In this document: in pieces, positions 61,687-64,000 of the stretch
How positions within the stretch are numbered: position 1 is the first letter of the stretch
How the letters are laid out: each line of letters opens with the position of its first letter
Origin: Cyanophora paradoxa CCMP329
Lineage: Eukaryota; Plantae; Glaucophyta
Reading direction: 5' to 3'
Assembly (NCBI GenBank): GCA_004431415.1
Contig: QPMI01000061.1
Span: 1-64,000, forward strand
DNA length: 64,000 nucleotides
Made by a program: the position numbers and the translations under genes
Notes under the pieces: generated by a model
Seen by the model: only the letters and a program-made list of their open reading frames with translations
What the model was told of the DNA's origin: nothing
The model's database searches: none

Positions 61687-64000
61687 ATGGACTTCCTCGA
61701 TGCACTCTCCTCCTTCTTCACCGGAGCGGTGGGCCTGCTCCGTGCTCGTGTCGCTCCGAGCGCGGGGCGGTTGAGCTCGGCTCACGCAGGCGGACTCGGA
61801 GTCGGACACGGATTCCGGAAGCGATTGCAGCCAGCGGCGTGCCTCTCGTTGGCCCTTCCTCAACCTCGGCATCGATGTCCCTCCTGAAGCGCTCCCGACG
61901 GTCCTCCGCGCCGCGGTGCGCCCCGCACCGTGGCCGCACGCCCCGCCCCTCGCGCCCCACCGCCGGCGCGCCGGGCGAGCGGCCGGCGCAGGAGGAGGAG
62001 CCGCTTGAGGGCGGGGCCGGGGAGGGCGAGGAAGCGGACTTCGTGTCGATGCGGCGCATGCGCTGGTCCCTCTGGCGCCTCACCCTCTTCGCCCTCGTCT
62101 CGCTCCTCTCTGGCGGCCTCCTCCCCCTCGTCCGCCCGCCCCGCCCGCCCCCAGCGACGCCAGAGCTCATCCCTCGCTCCGGTGCGCGCGCAGGCGGCCT
62201 CGCAGTTCCCCGCGATCCTCGCGTACGGGACGAAGCGGACGTGCCGGGAGGACGAGCCGTGCAGCAGTGTTCTCCTCCTCTCCCAGAGCGGGCGCTATAG
62301 CGAGCACCCGATCCGCACGCGCGCGTGGCAGTCCTCGAAGGAGATGGGCCTGGTGGCGGCCAAGGAGCGCGAGCGCGTCTCCTACTTCAGCTACCAGTTC
62401 AAGCGCTTCTCCAAGGTCGCCGAGGACCGCTTCGCCCGCATGCGGCGCGCCCCCGCCCCGCCCGCCCGCGCCCCGCCCCCGCCCCTCACCCCGCCCCGGC
62501 AGGTACGTGGTGGAGCGCCCGCTGGGGATCCTGGTCTCGGAGGTGGGGCGGGGCCTCTCCTTGGAGCAGGCGCGCCGCCGGGCCCTCCTCTTCGGGTGCC
62601 GCCCCTCGCCCCACCCCGCCCCCGCGCGCCCCGTCGAGCAGCGCGGCGGGGGGGCGGGCGCAGGCCGAACGAGCTGCGGGCGCACGTGCCGGGCGTTCTC
62701 GTCTCCTTCGTCAGCAAGCTCTTCCGCCCCATGTTCCTCTTCCAGGCCTTCACCTTCTCCGTCTGGATCGCCGAGGAGTACTACCCGTCCGCCCCCCCCT
62801 CCCCCCGCCCGCCCCGCCCTCGGGCCTCCCCCGAGGGCCCCCTGTGCGCGCAGGTACGGGTCGTTCGTGATCGCGCTGACGTTCGCGTCGCTCCTGTGGG
62901 AGCTCTACGTCGAGCGCACGCAGTGCGCGCGCCCCCCGCCCCGCCCTTCCCCCCTCGCCGCCCCCTCACCCACCGGCCCCGCCCCCGCAGGGCCGCCCGC
63001 CTCGACCGCCGGCTCGTGCAGAAGGCGCGGTCGCCGAGGCCCCTCCGCGCGCCCCGGTGCCTCGCTGAGGGCGGGGCGGGGCGGGGCGCAGGAGAGCGTG
63101 GTGGCGGTGCGGGACGGGCGGAGGTGCGGGTCCCCTCGGTGCGCCTCGTGCCGGGCGACGTCCTCCTCCTCGACCGCCCGGGGCCCATCCTCGCCGACCT
63201 CGGTCCGCCCCGCTCCCCGGCCCACCCGCCCCCCCCCCCCCCCCCCAATCCCCCCCCAACCCGCCCCGCCAGTCCTGCTCTCGGGCCCCGACTGCCTGGT
63301 GGACGAGTCGAACCTGCGGGGCGTGGCGATGCCGATCTCGAAGCAGCCGCTGGCGCCCGTGGCGGCGGCGGCGCCCGGCGTGCGCTTCGAGCCGGCTGAG
63401 CACGCCTCCCACGTCCTCCTCTCCGGCACCCAGCTCCTCCAGATCAGGCCCGCCCCCCGCCCCTCCGCCCGCTCGCCCCGCCCCGCGCGAGCTGAGCTGC
63501 GCCCCGTGCGCTCGCAGCCCGGCGGGGGAGGGCGGGGAGGGGCGGGTGCGGGCGCTGGTCTTCCGGACGGGTTTCCAGACAGAGAAGGGCTCCTTCTTCC
63601 ACCGCATCCTCTTCCCGCGCCGCCCCGGCCGCAACATCCTGGCCGACATGTACCAGTACTACTCGCTGATGCTCTGCATGGCGGTGGTCACCTTCTTCAT
63701 CGCCCTCTCCAACTACACCCGCAACGCCGAGGGGCCCCTCTCCGCCTCCGCCCTCTTCCTCTCCTGTGCCGACATCGCCACCGTCCGCCCCGCCCCCGCC
63801 CCCCGCAACCCCCGGCCCCGCCCCCGGCGCCCGCCCCTCACGCCCCTCCTTCAGATCGCCATCCCGCCGGCCCTCTTCCTCCTCCAGGGCCTGGTCGTGG
63901 TGCGTGGACCCCCTCGCCGCCTCGCGGGGGCGCCGGCGCGAGGGGAGGGGCCAGATCGTGGGGCGGGTGCGGCTGGAGCGGCTGGGGTGCCAGGTGGGGG
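61687..64000 (+). CDS. P5B-type (ATP13A-like) P-type ATPase, 5' part; runs off the window
   Basis: LLFGPNEL, LFRPMFLFQAFTFSVWIAEEYY, SVRLVPGDV, DCLVDESNLRGVAMPISK, HVLLSGTQLLQ, ALVFRTGFQTEKG, DIATIAIPPAL. Confidence 0.9.

Overview
This is a very GC-rich, gene-dense eukaryotic nuclear window, not a prokaryotic one. About 20 protein-coding genes are broken by many tiny introns (mostly 50-80 nt), so most ORF-track entries are shadow or unspliced fragments; I rebuilt the gene models by hand. Phe-containing plastid transit peptides (MAAFVQPVP..., MSPAFAV...), a DPE2 without a transit peptide and the intron style suggest a glaucophyte such as Cyanophora (inference). Genes in order: EF-hand protein, TauE/SafE transporter, SQD1, DPE2, RanBPM, plastid alpha/beta-hydrolase, multi-wHTH protein, a divergent pair of potato-inhibitor-I genes, GAF-cNMP-RWP-RK transcription factor, AAMP/Sqt1, lumenal FKBP, a hypothetical protein, hybrid histidine kinase, atypical Rab-like GTPase, full-length SMCHD1/GMI1-like protein, PKD-repeat/multi-TM/pseudokinase receptor, a hypothetical protein, TIR-like CaaX protein and a truncated P5B ATPase. 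The most striking items are the GAF+cNMP+RWP-RK regulator, the PKD-TM-pseudokinase receptor, the TauE-SQD1 pairing, and introns with self-complementary ends and frequent GC donors. Domain calls come from motif recognition by eye; no database search was run, and gene ends and splice sites are approximate unless stated.
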